Assembly (NCBI GenBank): GCA_040954595.2
Contig: CM082576.2
Location: 5,893,129 to 5,957,128, forward strand
Origin: Balanoglossus misakiensis
Taxonomy: Eukaryota; Animalia; Hemichordata
DNA: 64,000 nt
Direction of reading: 5' to 3'
Made by a program: the position numbers and the translations under genes. Shown piece after piece: positions 40,043 through 52,706 of the stretch. The notes under the pieces were generated by a model, which made no database searches, was not told the origin of the DNA, and saw only the letters and a program-made list of their open reading frames with translations. Each line of letters begins with the position of its first letter. Within the stretch, counting starts at the first letter, position 1.

Positions 40043-43000
40043 CTTGCCGAGGCCGGGTGTTGCTATGTCGCCTGTGGTTGCTCACGGTTGGTTTAGTTCT
40101 CAGTTTACCATTTGACGTCTACAAATTGCCAGCCCTTCGCTGAGACGGTCCAAGTTGACTAGCCAGAAGATTAACACTGCAACCCTGCACTATTATCGCA
40201 TGTATACACCGTTCTTCGTGTTTTGTCTTGAAGGCCACGTAGACGGTTGCCCGTGGTAATACCAATCCCGATTAAGTTCAGTTGCCTTGACGACGCATAC
40301 GTTATTTTCGCCTGAAATGAGTACATAGAAAGACGCTGTTACAGGGCAGTGCGCTGTGAGGAATACCGAGTGTCTAACTGACTCTTAACTTGTAAAAAAT
40401 CACAGGTACTTTGCTGAAAATGACACAAACGGCATTAAATGTTGTTAAATCGGTAAACGTTTCCTTCAGTGCTACAAACGATCCCCGAATCACTTCTTCT
40501 TATACCACAGGTGTGTACAAATGCCGATCTTATAGTATCGACCGCCAGCCGTATTGAACTCTACCTCTCAATAGAACCCACGTTTGACACACCGATGCAA
40601 AATCTAAGAAATCGCTCTAGTTTTCACTCGGGGAGGGAAACGTGAACTGCTATGTGTAAACAGGAAAATTTAAGCTACTTGTGTTGCGTCGATCAGCTTA
40701 CTGGACCCCCTAACCCACTACAAAAATTAAGGACGGTACCATGCATGCGCTTTCTGCCATCTCACCAAACTCTTCCCTAATTCTCCAAATAGTTTCTTGT
40801 GTATATTTACAGTCCGTGAAGATGGTTTGGGGTCAGGAAAGTGAATCTGCAACTCATGGACAGATTGAGTAAAATATGGTTGTGAAGCGACTATTCATCA
40901 TTCCCATGCCTTAAATTTGTAACTGACTGGGCAAGTGATAGAACGTTCTTACCAGATTATAGCATAGTAGGATGAAGTAGGAATATAAAATGATGGCTGC
41001 GCTTCACGTTAAAAGCACATTATTCACGATGCGTAACTATAGCAACCGACACAAATATCCCCCTAACGATCACCGCGATTTTCTAGTGACGCCATGACTT
41101 GGTGGACGAGTGTGTGGCTAGATTTTCTGTTCGGTTCCGTTTTGTTCGTTCAGAAAACGGGCTAAATCGTGTCTTGTACGCACCAAGACGCTGTAATGCC
41201 CAATTGTTGCGTTCCTGGCGAGTTTTGTCGATAGACTCTCTTAAGTTCTTGACCCATATTCACATACACTGAATAGCGGAGCTGCCGTGGACATTGTAAA
41301 ATTTAGTTATCATAGGTGTTCCGCGATAAATGTATCTCGCCTTGCCCAGGGGATCGGGATACCTCAAACTCTTGACAATGCGCACAGTCATATGGAAATT
41401 GAATTGATTGGGGCGTAGACGAGGAATACGATAGCGGGATTTTGTGTTGACATAATCTATATGACAAGGCGAGCTAAATGGTGCGTTGCTAAGGTAATGT
41501 GGACCGGGGAACGGGTTAAATTCCCGCGATGGTGCAAACCTATCGTTACTCGCAGTGATTTCAGTCGGCTTTCAAGCAAGGTTGAAGCCATTGTCATTGG
41601 AGCACTTCGAGTCATACATGTAACAAGAGTTTCATCCCTTTTATGCGACGTTCCAAAAATATACTCAAGTCATTGTAAACCGGGAAGGATTCGTGATTAA
41701 AGTCAAGAGTCTATAACACGAAGCGATGCTTAGCCCATGGCACAAATTATTAATTGATAAGGCCCTACATGTTGTAAAAGCACGTACTAACGCCAGCTAC
41801 GAGTGCTGTGCTTTTAACATTTTCTTGGGAAAGTTAGTGAATAATTTATAACATCTTTTATAGGGTTTTCAGTCTTTCATGTCAACTGGTGACAACGTAC
41901 TTTTACTAGGACGTGTGGTGTATTGTCGATCACGAAAATATGTTGTTGCACTTTGATTTCAGCGCTCTATATTAATCTTCCTTGTGGGCTAGCGTTTGTC
42001 CCAGATTCAATCAACAATTTTGTTTTTCCCCCACAATCTCCGATGCTTCTAAAAAAACAGGAAGTTGCCATGCATTGTCCTGTTAACACAATTTTGTGAA
42101 GACAGCGGGTATTAAATGAACTTCCAACTTCCCTTTTATATGTTCATGTTAACGAGTTGTCACTTTTAAAGATCATCAAATGTGGAACGTTTTGTGTGAG
42201 GTCCCCCCCCCCGGAATTTTGAATGGAACACCCTCGCGAACCTCATAACCCACCACGAGACCTTATATTTCATTTCTGATCGAGGTTAATAGTTTTTTTC
42301 AGATTGCATGTATAGGGGTGTGTACATGTGTTTCCTAAACTCTCTTTGAAATGATTTTGCCTTTAATAATAATTTTAATATTGAATCACCTCATGCATTC
42401 GGTGGAACTCTTTATTGCCGGGTGCTCCTAGGCGTAAAAATCCGTGATTGACTACATCTCTAGTCGAACGGTAACTGTGGCGAGGTTTATACACTATACG
42501 ATACGAGGCCGTCACACAGTCACATAGGTATAGCGCCAACGCCCTGATTCCTTCCTAAAGCAATTTCGTGTGAAGAGTGCCAACGCACGTCATCTGCCTT
42601 TTGCAAGTTTACTCGACCGTGACTTAGATGAACGTGTTTAATCTTTTCATATTGGCTTGATTTGTTCGCTTCATCTTCACAAATAAAATGGCTATTTTGG
42701 TATCGGGTTCTAATTTCTTGCTGGAAAATGGGGCTTCCTGGAAACTACAACCGAGTTTGTGGCTCACACTTCTTCCGCTCCGCCGAACGATCAGGTGAAA
42801 GAATTCGAAGGGCGCGAATCCTGAACTTGCACAAAGAACCTGTGCAATACTGGTTTATGTGAGCGGGCATACGTGTAATTTCATTTTGTTCGCCGAAGTT
42901 CGAGCATTGTGGTACCACCGTTATAATTAGAGACGACCCTGACCCCAAAACCTGGTTCTACTTCCAGCTATTTTCGTCGGTGCTCGCAATCCATTTTCAC

Positions 43001-43719
43001 CTTTGACCAGATCTGAACTGAAAATACGTGCTCCATGCGGTGTTTAGAAAAAAGGATGTTGAAAAATGCAAATTAGCAAAACATTTCCATGAAACCGCTT
43101 GATGTATTTTAAGGCATTCATACCTCCTGGAGTTCACAATGCAGCAAGTCAAACCATTGCAATACAACGGTATTTGTGAACATGAAATCAACACCTGACG
43201 GTAACTGAATATGATGGCAAGGACGTTGCAATTATTCAAAACACCAATCACAGTCCGTTCAGAAAATTTAAACGGTGACAAAAATTGCGCAATTAACACT
43301 CAGTGCCACCTTTAAAAGTTAATTGTTTTGTCTGTATACTCATGCCCCAATAGCTCAAATGTAGCTGCTGTCTGGAGGCTGTTTTGTTGCAATTGTTGCA
43401 TGTCCAAAGCCATTACCAAGACATTTCTGAAGATTTATTACTGTCATATACTAGGATAATTGAGTACTTAACTGCGCATATCTTGCATTCATCAACTGAC
43501 TTGGTCTGCCCAGGAGCGGTATTAACAGTTGATTGTGCAAGTAAAAAGCGAGTATACAGGTTTTTCTCTCCTTTTGAATTCAAGGAGTTCCGTCGAATGG
43601 AAGCAGGGCAATGCGACTTTTAATCTCTCTTTCCGTTTAAGGAAATAACCCTGTATTCGCATGCAGGCAGTGAGAGAACACGCGCCACGCTAAAAACAGA
43701 CTGATCAACAACAGCTGAA

Positions 43720-43990
43720 GAGTGCTAACCGGGTCCTGATTAAAAGGTCGCCGGGTCTGGAACTTTACTGGCGCCCCGGGTAAGGCATCTAAGTATATTG
43801 CATTCGTACCTTTGGTTTCTCCAGTGGTACCTGTTTGAAATGGATACCTGCGATAACTCCTGTATGGTATGCCGGGTACTTCTGATTGAAGAAACCATTT
43901 AAAACGCCGGGGAATGCGCCCTCAGAACTGTTCCATTAAGTGGTCTGACACCCCTTTTCAAAGTCTTGAACAGCGCATTGTTCATGTGTA
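43720..43990 (+). mobile_element. Possible decayed tRNA-derived SINE
   Basis: GCGCCCCGGGTAAGGCATCT...GAAATGGATACCTG...CAGCGCATTG resembles blocks remembered from invertebrate SINE bodies (GTGTCCTTGGGCAAGGCAC...AAATGGGTACC...AAGCGC). Not verified by alignment. Confidence 0.35.
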
Positions 43991-46900
43991 AATTGTGAGT
44001 AGAATGCAGCTAAGCTGCTCAGGTTTAACTAAACTTTTATGTTTTTGTTTATTCTGGCAGTTTCTCCGGTCCCTTAAATTCGCAATAAATTCTACCTTTT
44101 ACCGAAAAGAAACGAGCCGTGTTGCTCCACCACTATTTACCTCCTGACAAGAAATGGCGAATTCCTTAGACGTTTTCATATGGATTCCGATTGTTGTGCT
44201 TCTTTCAATACATCTACGTACAGTGACTAGATCCATAATAATTCCTCAATATAATTTCTGGGACAATTGCATTTTTTCATCGACCGCTTTTCAGCCTCGT
44301 TTGACCCTTAGTTAGACTTGCTCCAAGTCTATGGGCGCGCAAGTCACGGGATCGCTTTGGCTTGGTGGACGGTAACCGAAACCAGAAGCCCGGCCTCGAA
44401 TTCGAAATTCTCAGCTCAGTAGCAGAAACTCGCTAAAAGCTAGCAAATACACGAAAAGTACTGGGAGTTATTGAGAAGACGAAAAATCACCAAGTGACTA
44501 GTGGGCTAGTTTAGGGCGTACTCTGTACTGCACTCACAACTGTGTCACACGAACACCCATTAATTTTCCGCACTGCTACAACAGCCTCTGACTGACACAC
44601 CTGACTTACTGAACTACAGGGTCAGTACCAGACGATGAGTTACAACCAACTTGGGGTTCATTCCAAGTCATAGAACCGGTTGGCGCTCGAATCCTATCGG
44701 CATTACCTTACACTAGGTCATATACAGGCGACCCCATAGATAATGCCTTGAAATCCCTTTCTAACTTAGGAGTCCACAATATGAGTCCACCTACATGTTC
44801 TGTCAATCATGACATACATGTAAGCATGTGCTTCACAGATAGACGCTCGCGCTTGATGCGGCCATACTCGTATAGAGCCGGGTTTCCTTCATCGACACAT
44901 TTCTGTCGCTTAAGTTCATCAAAATCAGACAAGACACAGCCATTCTAAAGAAGACTATACAGTTACCGGCCTATAGAGAACAAATTTCACGGGGAATCTC
45001 GTGCGCAGCGCTTCAATTTGCAATTTTGTAAAATAATCCTAAATGGATTCTCAAGAACTTCCCACCCAACGCCCTCTATAGGTGCATGTACATGGTGGTT
45101 AGGCCCTTTAACTCGTTGATTTAAACATTTGCGTGATTGACCAACGTAAAGTCAGTCCAGCGTTGTTAAAGTTCGACTTTTTGACTTATTGTGGTCAGTT
45201 TTGAGCACCATTTCCTTCTGTTTGGTGGTTTCAAGATTTATCAAACGCCCATAACAAAACTTCAGAGGTTTTAATATCAACAAAGGTCTGTAGTAATACT
45301 TCTAACACGACACTTTCATTTTCTTTTGGGACTGATTAAAGAACTTGAAGCACGCGCGAAATCTGGGAAATTGCTGGAGAGAATGTTTCTGAAATATAGC
45401 AAAACACACAGGAGCAGTGGCACATTATTTGAGCGTTGATGTAGAGACGTTGTCAGACACGTCACACGCACCCTCTTTTCCCAATGATACTCCGCACCCT
45501 GCAACGTGCAGCGTGTATCATTGGTTATTCAAGAATAGGCGGGAACAAGCAGTCGCCTTCACCTGGCGGGTATTATGCAAATGTGCAGTGAGGAGGCTTC
45601 TCGTGATATGCCACAGTCAAATTCGGGAGGAATGTGTCGGCGTGTTAATTGCGAGACTACACAGCAGATCTCCAACGGCCCGCACCAGTTTCAATCAGTG
45701 CAATTAGCCGCACTATGTACCAAACCGAAGATCATTTCCTTTACACAGTACACCTTGCAACGCTGGCATTTCGCAAAACGATCGAGTCAATTTTGAACAT
45801 GGATTTCCAATTTCCAATTCCCTCGGGGACGGTTGATATTTTACAGGCAAACTCTCACACCTTTTCATGAATACGTAGAAAGAATACGGCCGACGAATTA
45901 CGAAGACCCAGTAATACACCTGATCGGTTAAAACCTATAAGGGATACATATTATACGATATAGGGAAATCACGGCAGCGAACGACTTTCCAATTTTTTTT
46001 TTTTCTTTTTTTTATTGCCGTAATCACCTTCAAGATTCTGAATGGTTTGCACCTGGATATCTAAATCGATTCTATTATGTTTCTGACATGATGACTAATT
46101 TCCCCACCCGCAGTTCCAGAAAAAATAATTTAACCAGTTCTCCTGTTTCGAGATGACTACTGGATAAAGATCTCTTGATTACCGTGCCACTGCATCTCAT
46201 TATTGGAAATTCGGCTTCATTATTTTCTTCCCATTATTTAAGAACGAGTGTTCCTCACTACATTAATGATCTTTTCGCTTTACACCTCATGTTTAACATT
46301 AACCTATACACTATAGACACATTTGGCATGCAAAACCCTAGGCCTGCTGATCGCTTATCTTTTAATTGTCACATTTGCTATCAGACGTACACGGTTTTAC
46401 TCTAGCCTACAGTGCACGACGATTTCACGAAAAATCTAGCCATAACATACATCAACTTGGACAGGCGTATGGCCAACTCAAATACATTGCGAATCACTAT
46501 AATAGACAGGTCATGTAAAATCATGTGATATGAGAATATTGCCTCTTGTAATCGCTTGCTAACCTGTACTCATTTCCTGTGATATGATAAAAATGCACTT
46601 TGTACCTGAAACGGTCAGCGTTCAAATTGGATTTTGTTTGTGGTTTGCTCGATGTTATCGCAAAATCTGTCAATCAAAAGGGAAGGATAGACGCTTTAAT
46701 CAGCGAAACCGACATTGATGAGAGGGTGTCCGAGCCAGACATCCTAGCTAGAGTTCAACTGCAAGTCAAACTAACGATATTAAAGTAATCTCCCTTTGAT
46801 CTTCATTTGACTCCTTTGTTCAGTTCAGCTATACCCGTTGTTATTATTCACTCTGCCGTCTGTGCCAATTATTGTTCGGAATTCCGCTCGCTTTTGACAT

Positions 46901-49900
46901 TTCCTTCAAGTGACGTTTGATAAGCACATGTAAACCTGGTCGTTGATGTCAAGCTTTCAATCTGAGTCTATCGTGTGTATTTTGGTGAAAAGGAAGGTTG
47001 GGGTGTTCAGACTGAAAACAGGCTAATATTTTCTAGCATACAGTGATTTTTCTTGTTCTTTTTATTACCTTAGAATAGTTAGCAGGCTAGCCTATATACA
47101 TGGTCGTGCTGGCGATATTACTCATTAAAGACACATGATATACTAGGAAAATATATTTGTTTGTGTTCGTTTTAGATAAAAAGCGCAGAAAAATGAACCT
47201 AATTCCCTGATTTAAGAAAGCTTCATTCACAGCATACTCTCTGGTATGTTGTTTACAGGCTGAAGACATAAACATGAAATAATTGATCGCTTGGCTCACC
47301 TTTGTTCATGTAGAGACGACAGCCGCCGTTGTTATCGTCGGTTAGTTCTAACACATTGTGAAATAAACACCCGAGATTGCACACGCCGTTCGCGGCAGTG
47401 CTTCTCAATGAAACATCAGTTACCGTAAAACGGGGAGACGTTTTTTACGACAATTCTCCACCACAGTTCCCCTGACGTATTCGCCTTTGCGGCAGTCAAC
47501 ATTGAACATTCCAAATATCACACATAACGTCAAAGTTGCGTAGCCCGGGGTGTCACACTTACTTGCAGTCAATAAAATGCGTTTCGACTCTATTACACCT
47601 GTATTACAGGGGCATGCGTGGAATTCCATTATGGCTGTAATTGCGCTGACAAGCCTGACTTTTAAAAAATCCAATATGCTGACAGATGCGCGTATGCCCC
47701 AAGCTGCATATCAATACTACCATTACTGCTACTCAATTGATTAATTACACCAGTACCTAACCCCGATTTCTGAATGCTCCAAGTCGAACATTTTTCATTT
47801 CAGTATTTCGCGTTAAAGTCCAGAGGCAGTCCATGAAATCTTCCCTTTCATGATTTATCCCATTACTCATTGCACGATTGGTGATGAATGTATATAGGCT
47901 GTATCATGAGTCAGGCACATGTAAATACAGATACAAATACCATATTTCAGAGGTTGGAAAGTGCCGCAGACAAAATCTGCTGTGGCTGACAGAAGTGTTA
48001 AATACGCCAGTACACGTACAGGGTAAAGGGTATTATCTTGTACATGTCAACATGTTAGACGATAACTATCATAAGATACATGACGTTTATAGCAATAAAA
48101 CATTGTTCTAATATCTAAAGCAAGTTTACTTGTGCGGCAGGTGATGTGGTGATGACTTCACATGTTTTATAGTTAAATCTTTGCCTGTGAGCGGCCAGCT
48201 GTTCCTCAAGATCATACATGCATGTAAATTTATTTCGAAAAGCACAGATATCCCCAAGCAAATGACAGACAGGGTTATAATTATGAAAAACGTGGGCTAC
48301 ACAGAAGCTTCAACTGCCTACGTTTTCACAGTCATGTCACAAACAATCTGACTATAGAACTTCCTTAGGCATCTCTACGCAAATACCAATCCGAGGACAT
48401 ACAGGCCTGATTATATTTCTCCAGACAAATGCGGTAATGGCTCGATTTTGTTAAAATTTAAGCCGCGTTTAGTGCATTTGGTTTGACGTGGCGCTGCGTA
48501 ACTGGCCTTGTATAGGCTTATGTTTTATGAAGTGACAGTGCAATTGTGGTGATTAAATGCTGCGGAAGGGCGCTATGATGGCAGCATTGTGATTATCACA
48601 GTCGTACAAAGCGACTCTCGCGTAGTATATTGACAATATTCAGTCAACCTTCCCCCTGCAAGCATACACAATGTCAATTACTTGCTGGGATAGGTCCATC
48701 ATCGTTTGACTGACACGGTGGGCGACTAAAGCAGAATATCAGATTAATTCGTGTGAAGCTACGTTTGAGTGTACCCCTGAAAGGAGGCATTACCCTCCAA
48801 TGCACGAGTGTCTAAAATTTCCTGACATAAGAAGAGAGAAGATTGGAAATTGATTAATTTCTCAATAATAAATCAATTGCCATCGTTCATAGACATATAG
48901 ACAGGGGAGATGAATGCGTCTGGAAGATAGCGAAGGCTACACATGGAACGGTTCATTGAACTGGTTGAATCCCTTATGACGTAAACAGTTAATGTGTGAG
49001 GCTGTGATGATAACCACGCTAAATACAGTCGTCTCCAGAGAAAAACAAGAACATGAATTCAATTAACATTGAACATAAATTCAATACAATCAAACCGTCC
49101 TTTCTCAGTTTACACCAGCTGGCTTGAAATTCAGAGGAATTATATTGCACAGAGTCAGACCTATATTTCTTCTTGATTTGATCCAGTAGATTCTCGTGTA
49201 AATTGCATCGAGCGGAAGCCTAAGGGGTGTAGCTAATTTCTAACAATGTTACCTTGCAGCTACGCTAAGTGTCAGTCATTACCTGAATTTGGGTACGTGA
49301 CGACATATTTGCAATATTTGTTTATACATCTGATAATCGTAACCATCTTGAGGAGGAAAAGCGTTAAAGACATGACGAATTCTCGATATTACTGTGATTT
49401 CTGAATGTAGATCTTCAAGAGAGAGACGATAAAAAACCGTCATGTTGATAAGACCTTGTGATTATGATCTCTCTGTTATGTACCATGACCATACCATCTA
49501 TAGGGGCCTATGCAATTGCAGATATAAGAAGCCAGACAAACTATCTTGGTTTACACGAACATGTGATAAAGGCTGTTTACACGTAAAAACACCAAGGCTC
49601 GTCCGAATATAAGGCTTGACAAGATGTAACAAGATTTTGTGAAAACTGCTAACTAAACCCGCCACAGAAAACCATTCAGAATCGTTTAGTCAAGAGACAC
49701 AAAGTTTTGTTATGATCAGTGACCGATACTTCCAACATGAAGTCTCGTTCGCTCTGACTGGAACTGTTACAATAATATAATTTTTCCTTGACATTTGGTT
49801 TGACTGGGGCATTTATTGTGCATGCTTTCTCGTTAGATAGGGGGAAATGTTATTTCCATAGCAACGATCACGTCACTTTGTCAGATACTATTAACTGGGA

Positions 49901-50472
49901 TTGACACAGACTGTGCATCACTGGGTTGAGTGAACGAAATGACCCATTACGTGTGAACTCTGTGTCGATGGAGGTTGGCGCAGACCAGTGAACTTGAGAC
50001 ACGTTGAAGTATATGGGTAGTTAGTTGGGGCAGAGACAGGGAGAGAGAAATTGCCTTTCAACGTTGCTTAATAGCTGGACCCTGGCCCGGCGCCACTATT
50101 CGTCTGGGTTTTCAAAGTGAAGATTCAGACTACAATTCGATGATATACCGAGATAATATGTCGTCATGTGTGGAGCTTGCTCACACACAAAATGTTTTTT
50201 CTTGATTTCTTGAAACATTCAGCCTATAGGAACCACCGTACCAACCAACCAGCCAGTCTCGATTTTCCTTGAATTTATTTTATAATTTCATAATTAAGCG
50301 TACACACCTCCCAAATGAAATTTAGCACCCAATGTTTCATGTTATCTTGACCGTAATGTAGCAAAGTGTGCATTATGACCTTAAGCCCTGTATTGCAAAT
50401 CCCTTTTCATTCATCCTAAGTCACGCGCTGGTATTAAAATTTTATGATCGATATTTATGAATTTCAACGAGA

Positions 50473-50845
50473 TAAACCAGTCTAAGTGTTTAATGCCACA
50501 TGCCTTCACGTATCGAATCTAATCCTCTTATAACCAGCGTCGTCCGCGGTAATTTTAGAAGGCAATTAAAGATTTTAAAAACGTGCTGGCTTTGAAAATA
50601 AAACAGGCTGGGGATTATTTTCTGGTCCAGATGAATTTAAACGAGTGCGTGGTAGCTAAGTGTAAAATAGGCACGAAAATCAAAATTGATGGAATTTATT
50701 CATTATGAAACGAGAGTTTGTGCTTTGTGATGGCTTTTTATGAATGTCAATATAGTTGAATAAAACCCCAGTCTCAACATTTATGTCATATTTCTTGTAA
50801 CCAGCGAGCGCCGTCCGCGACAATTTTAGAAGTCAATTCAAAGGC
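50473..50845. repeat. Diverged direct repeat, spacing about 270 bp
   Basis: TAACCAGCGTCGTCCGCGGTAATTTTAGAAGGCAATTAAA (about 50531) versus TAACCAGCGAGCGCCGTCCGCGACAATTTTAGAAGTCAATTCAA (about 50798). Confidence 0.7.
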
Positions 50846-50912
50846 CTGCATGCAATTAATAGAATAGCGATGGTGTTCAAACGGATACAGATGGCGTTAG
50901 TGAGCACTGCGG

Positions 50913-50954
50913 GAACATTTGATAATGCCATTAGAACATTTGATAATGCCATTA
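50913..50954. repeat. Perfect 21-bp tandem duplication
   Basis: GAACATTTGATAATGCCATTA twice in a row. Confidence 0.95.
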
Positions 50955-52465
50955 AAGCACAACGAATGCTTCACTTTATCGTGTTGATGCCTATTATGAT
51001 AATATAACATATAATCCAATGAAAATTATGAATAATCTTATCAACGGTTTCCTAGTTTGACGTCATCCGTGAACACTGTACATTAGGAACATACACCTCT
51101 TGCCCTGGGCACGATGTAGTACGGCTGCGCGAAAAACACGAGTGTTTATTCGCTTTCTGTATCTTTTTCTTTTCTGCTCATTGTGGTAATTTCAGTCTCC
51201 TCATTCGAGTACAGACAGAGGGATAATGCCCTCTCAATTATCAGTGCGACCTGTCTCCTTCACATTACACAAATGATGACTCAGATTATGGAGGTACGAA
51301 CATATGTTCACGTCGTTAAAACAATCATTACCAGTACGTGATATGGACCAACCTTGCCTTGTGGTCTACGTCAGCATTATATCGCTAAATCATAAGCTTA
51401 GAGGCAGGCCCCTACAGTAAGATAAATTACGATGGTATGGTACAGCTGCATGTCTAAATTTATACGTGATAAAAAGACACAACACGTTTTTTTTGTTTGT
51501 TTTTTCTGGTTCTGTAACAACCTTTACCCTATCATTACAAAGTCCACCAGTCGCCTACTTATTCAAACTAAGAAATATGCGCGATACCATAAGCGAATAT
51601 CCCGCCATTTTGGGTCCATGTATGCCCCTTCCGACAACTTCGCACAACTGCTATATTTAAACCCATTTATCTAAATTACGTCACTGATTTGACCACGTAC
51701 GAAAATCGGTATGCTACTGCAGGCATTAGAAAAAGAAGACCAATGTGACTTAAGAAATCTGAAGATTTCCTGGATGAATGTGGAGTCTTCAGGTTTATAA
51801 GCTTACTGCTGATGTCAATAAACCATAACATTTGTTAACTGGTCGTACTTCCTCTTCTTGTCAAAATGTCAGTCTGTATAGAAGCTTATACGATTCTTTA
51901 AACCTCCAAAGGGTTCCCCCCTAAAAACACAATGCAGATGGCTAATCTTTGACATTAAATCTCAATGCACTGTCTCGGTGCGCCTGGATGCGTCCATCCT
52001 TATTAAAAAATAAATGGACGCCCGAAAGGCTGACTGCAGTGTGTTATCCACTCTCAGTTCATGCTACAATTGTTCGTCTGTCATCACTCAGGCATTTTCC
52101 ATTTTCCACCCTTGGTTAACATTGGCATGGGAATTGGTTGCCGCTGAAACGCTATGATTCTGTACCAGATCATAACTCCCAAACGGATATCCACAGCTCC
52201 GCGCAAGAAATCGATTTCGATGCCTGGCGACATCTCTGTCTCTTACCATTGCGGCAACAATCAAACCGACGATTTCGCCGAGGAAGAAACGCCACTTGTC
52301 TCCCCTGAGCCTTTCCGCGCCCGCGGGCGAGTTTGCAAGACTAGTTCCAGCGGTGTCACGCACATATGTGCACGACAGTATATATAGAAGTTCAGCTGGT
52401 ATTCAATTCATGTTGCTGTTATTATGGAACAGAATATAAAGTTTGGTTGCATATATATGCCTTAA

Positions 52466-52706
52466 AGTGAAGGGGTCGTCGCGCCACGTTTGTTTGTTTA
52501 TAAACGTTACAATTCATCTACAAATCCCTGAAATTAGATAATTCTTAGAATGAACGAAACAGCCAACCGTAGCAAAGACTGGGCATGACAGCAACTGAAG
52601 ATCCTAGTAGGTCGTGGCGACTGCAGTGGGGTTTGCGCTTGTATGGGAGGACGTCCACATATTCTCATCAAGGGGAACACCCACGCGGGGCGACGACCCC
52701 TTCCCT
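52466..52706. mobile_element. 241-bp MITE with 17-bp TIRs and TTAA target duplication (Kolobok-type signature)
   Basis: TTAA|AGTGAAGGGGTCGTCGC ... GCGACGACCCCTTCCCT|TTAA. TIRs match 16/17. AG...CT termini with a TTAA TSD fit Kolobok better than piggyBac (CC...GG). Confidence 0.85.

Noticed and set aside
39900-40300. Hypoxia-response elements (RCGTG) upstream of the globin
   Set aside because: The motif is too short and shows no visible clustering beyond chance.
51196-51293. Plus-strand exon-like segment (pyrimidine tract-AG...GAG|GTACG)
   Set aside because: No recognisable coding content, and the cadherin already has a signal-peptide exon at 58229. It could be a UTR exon but is unsupported.
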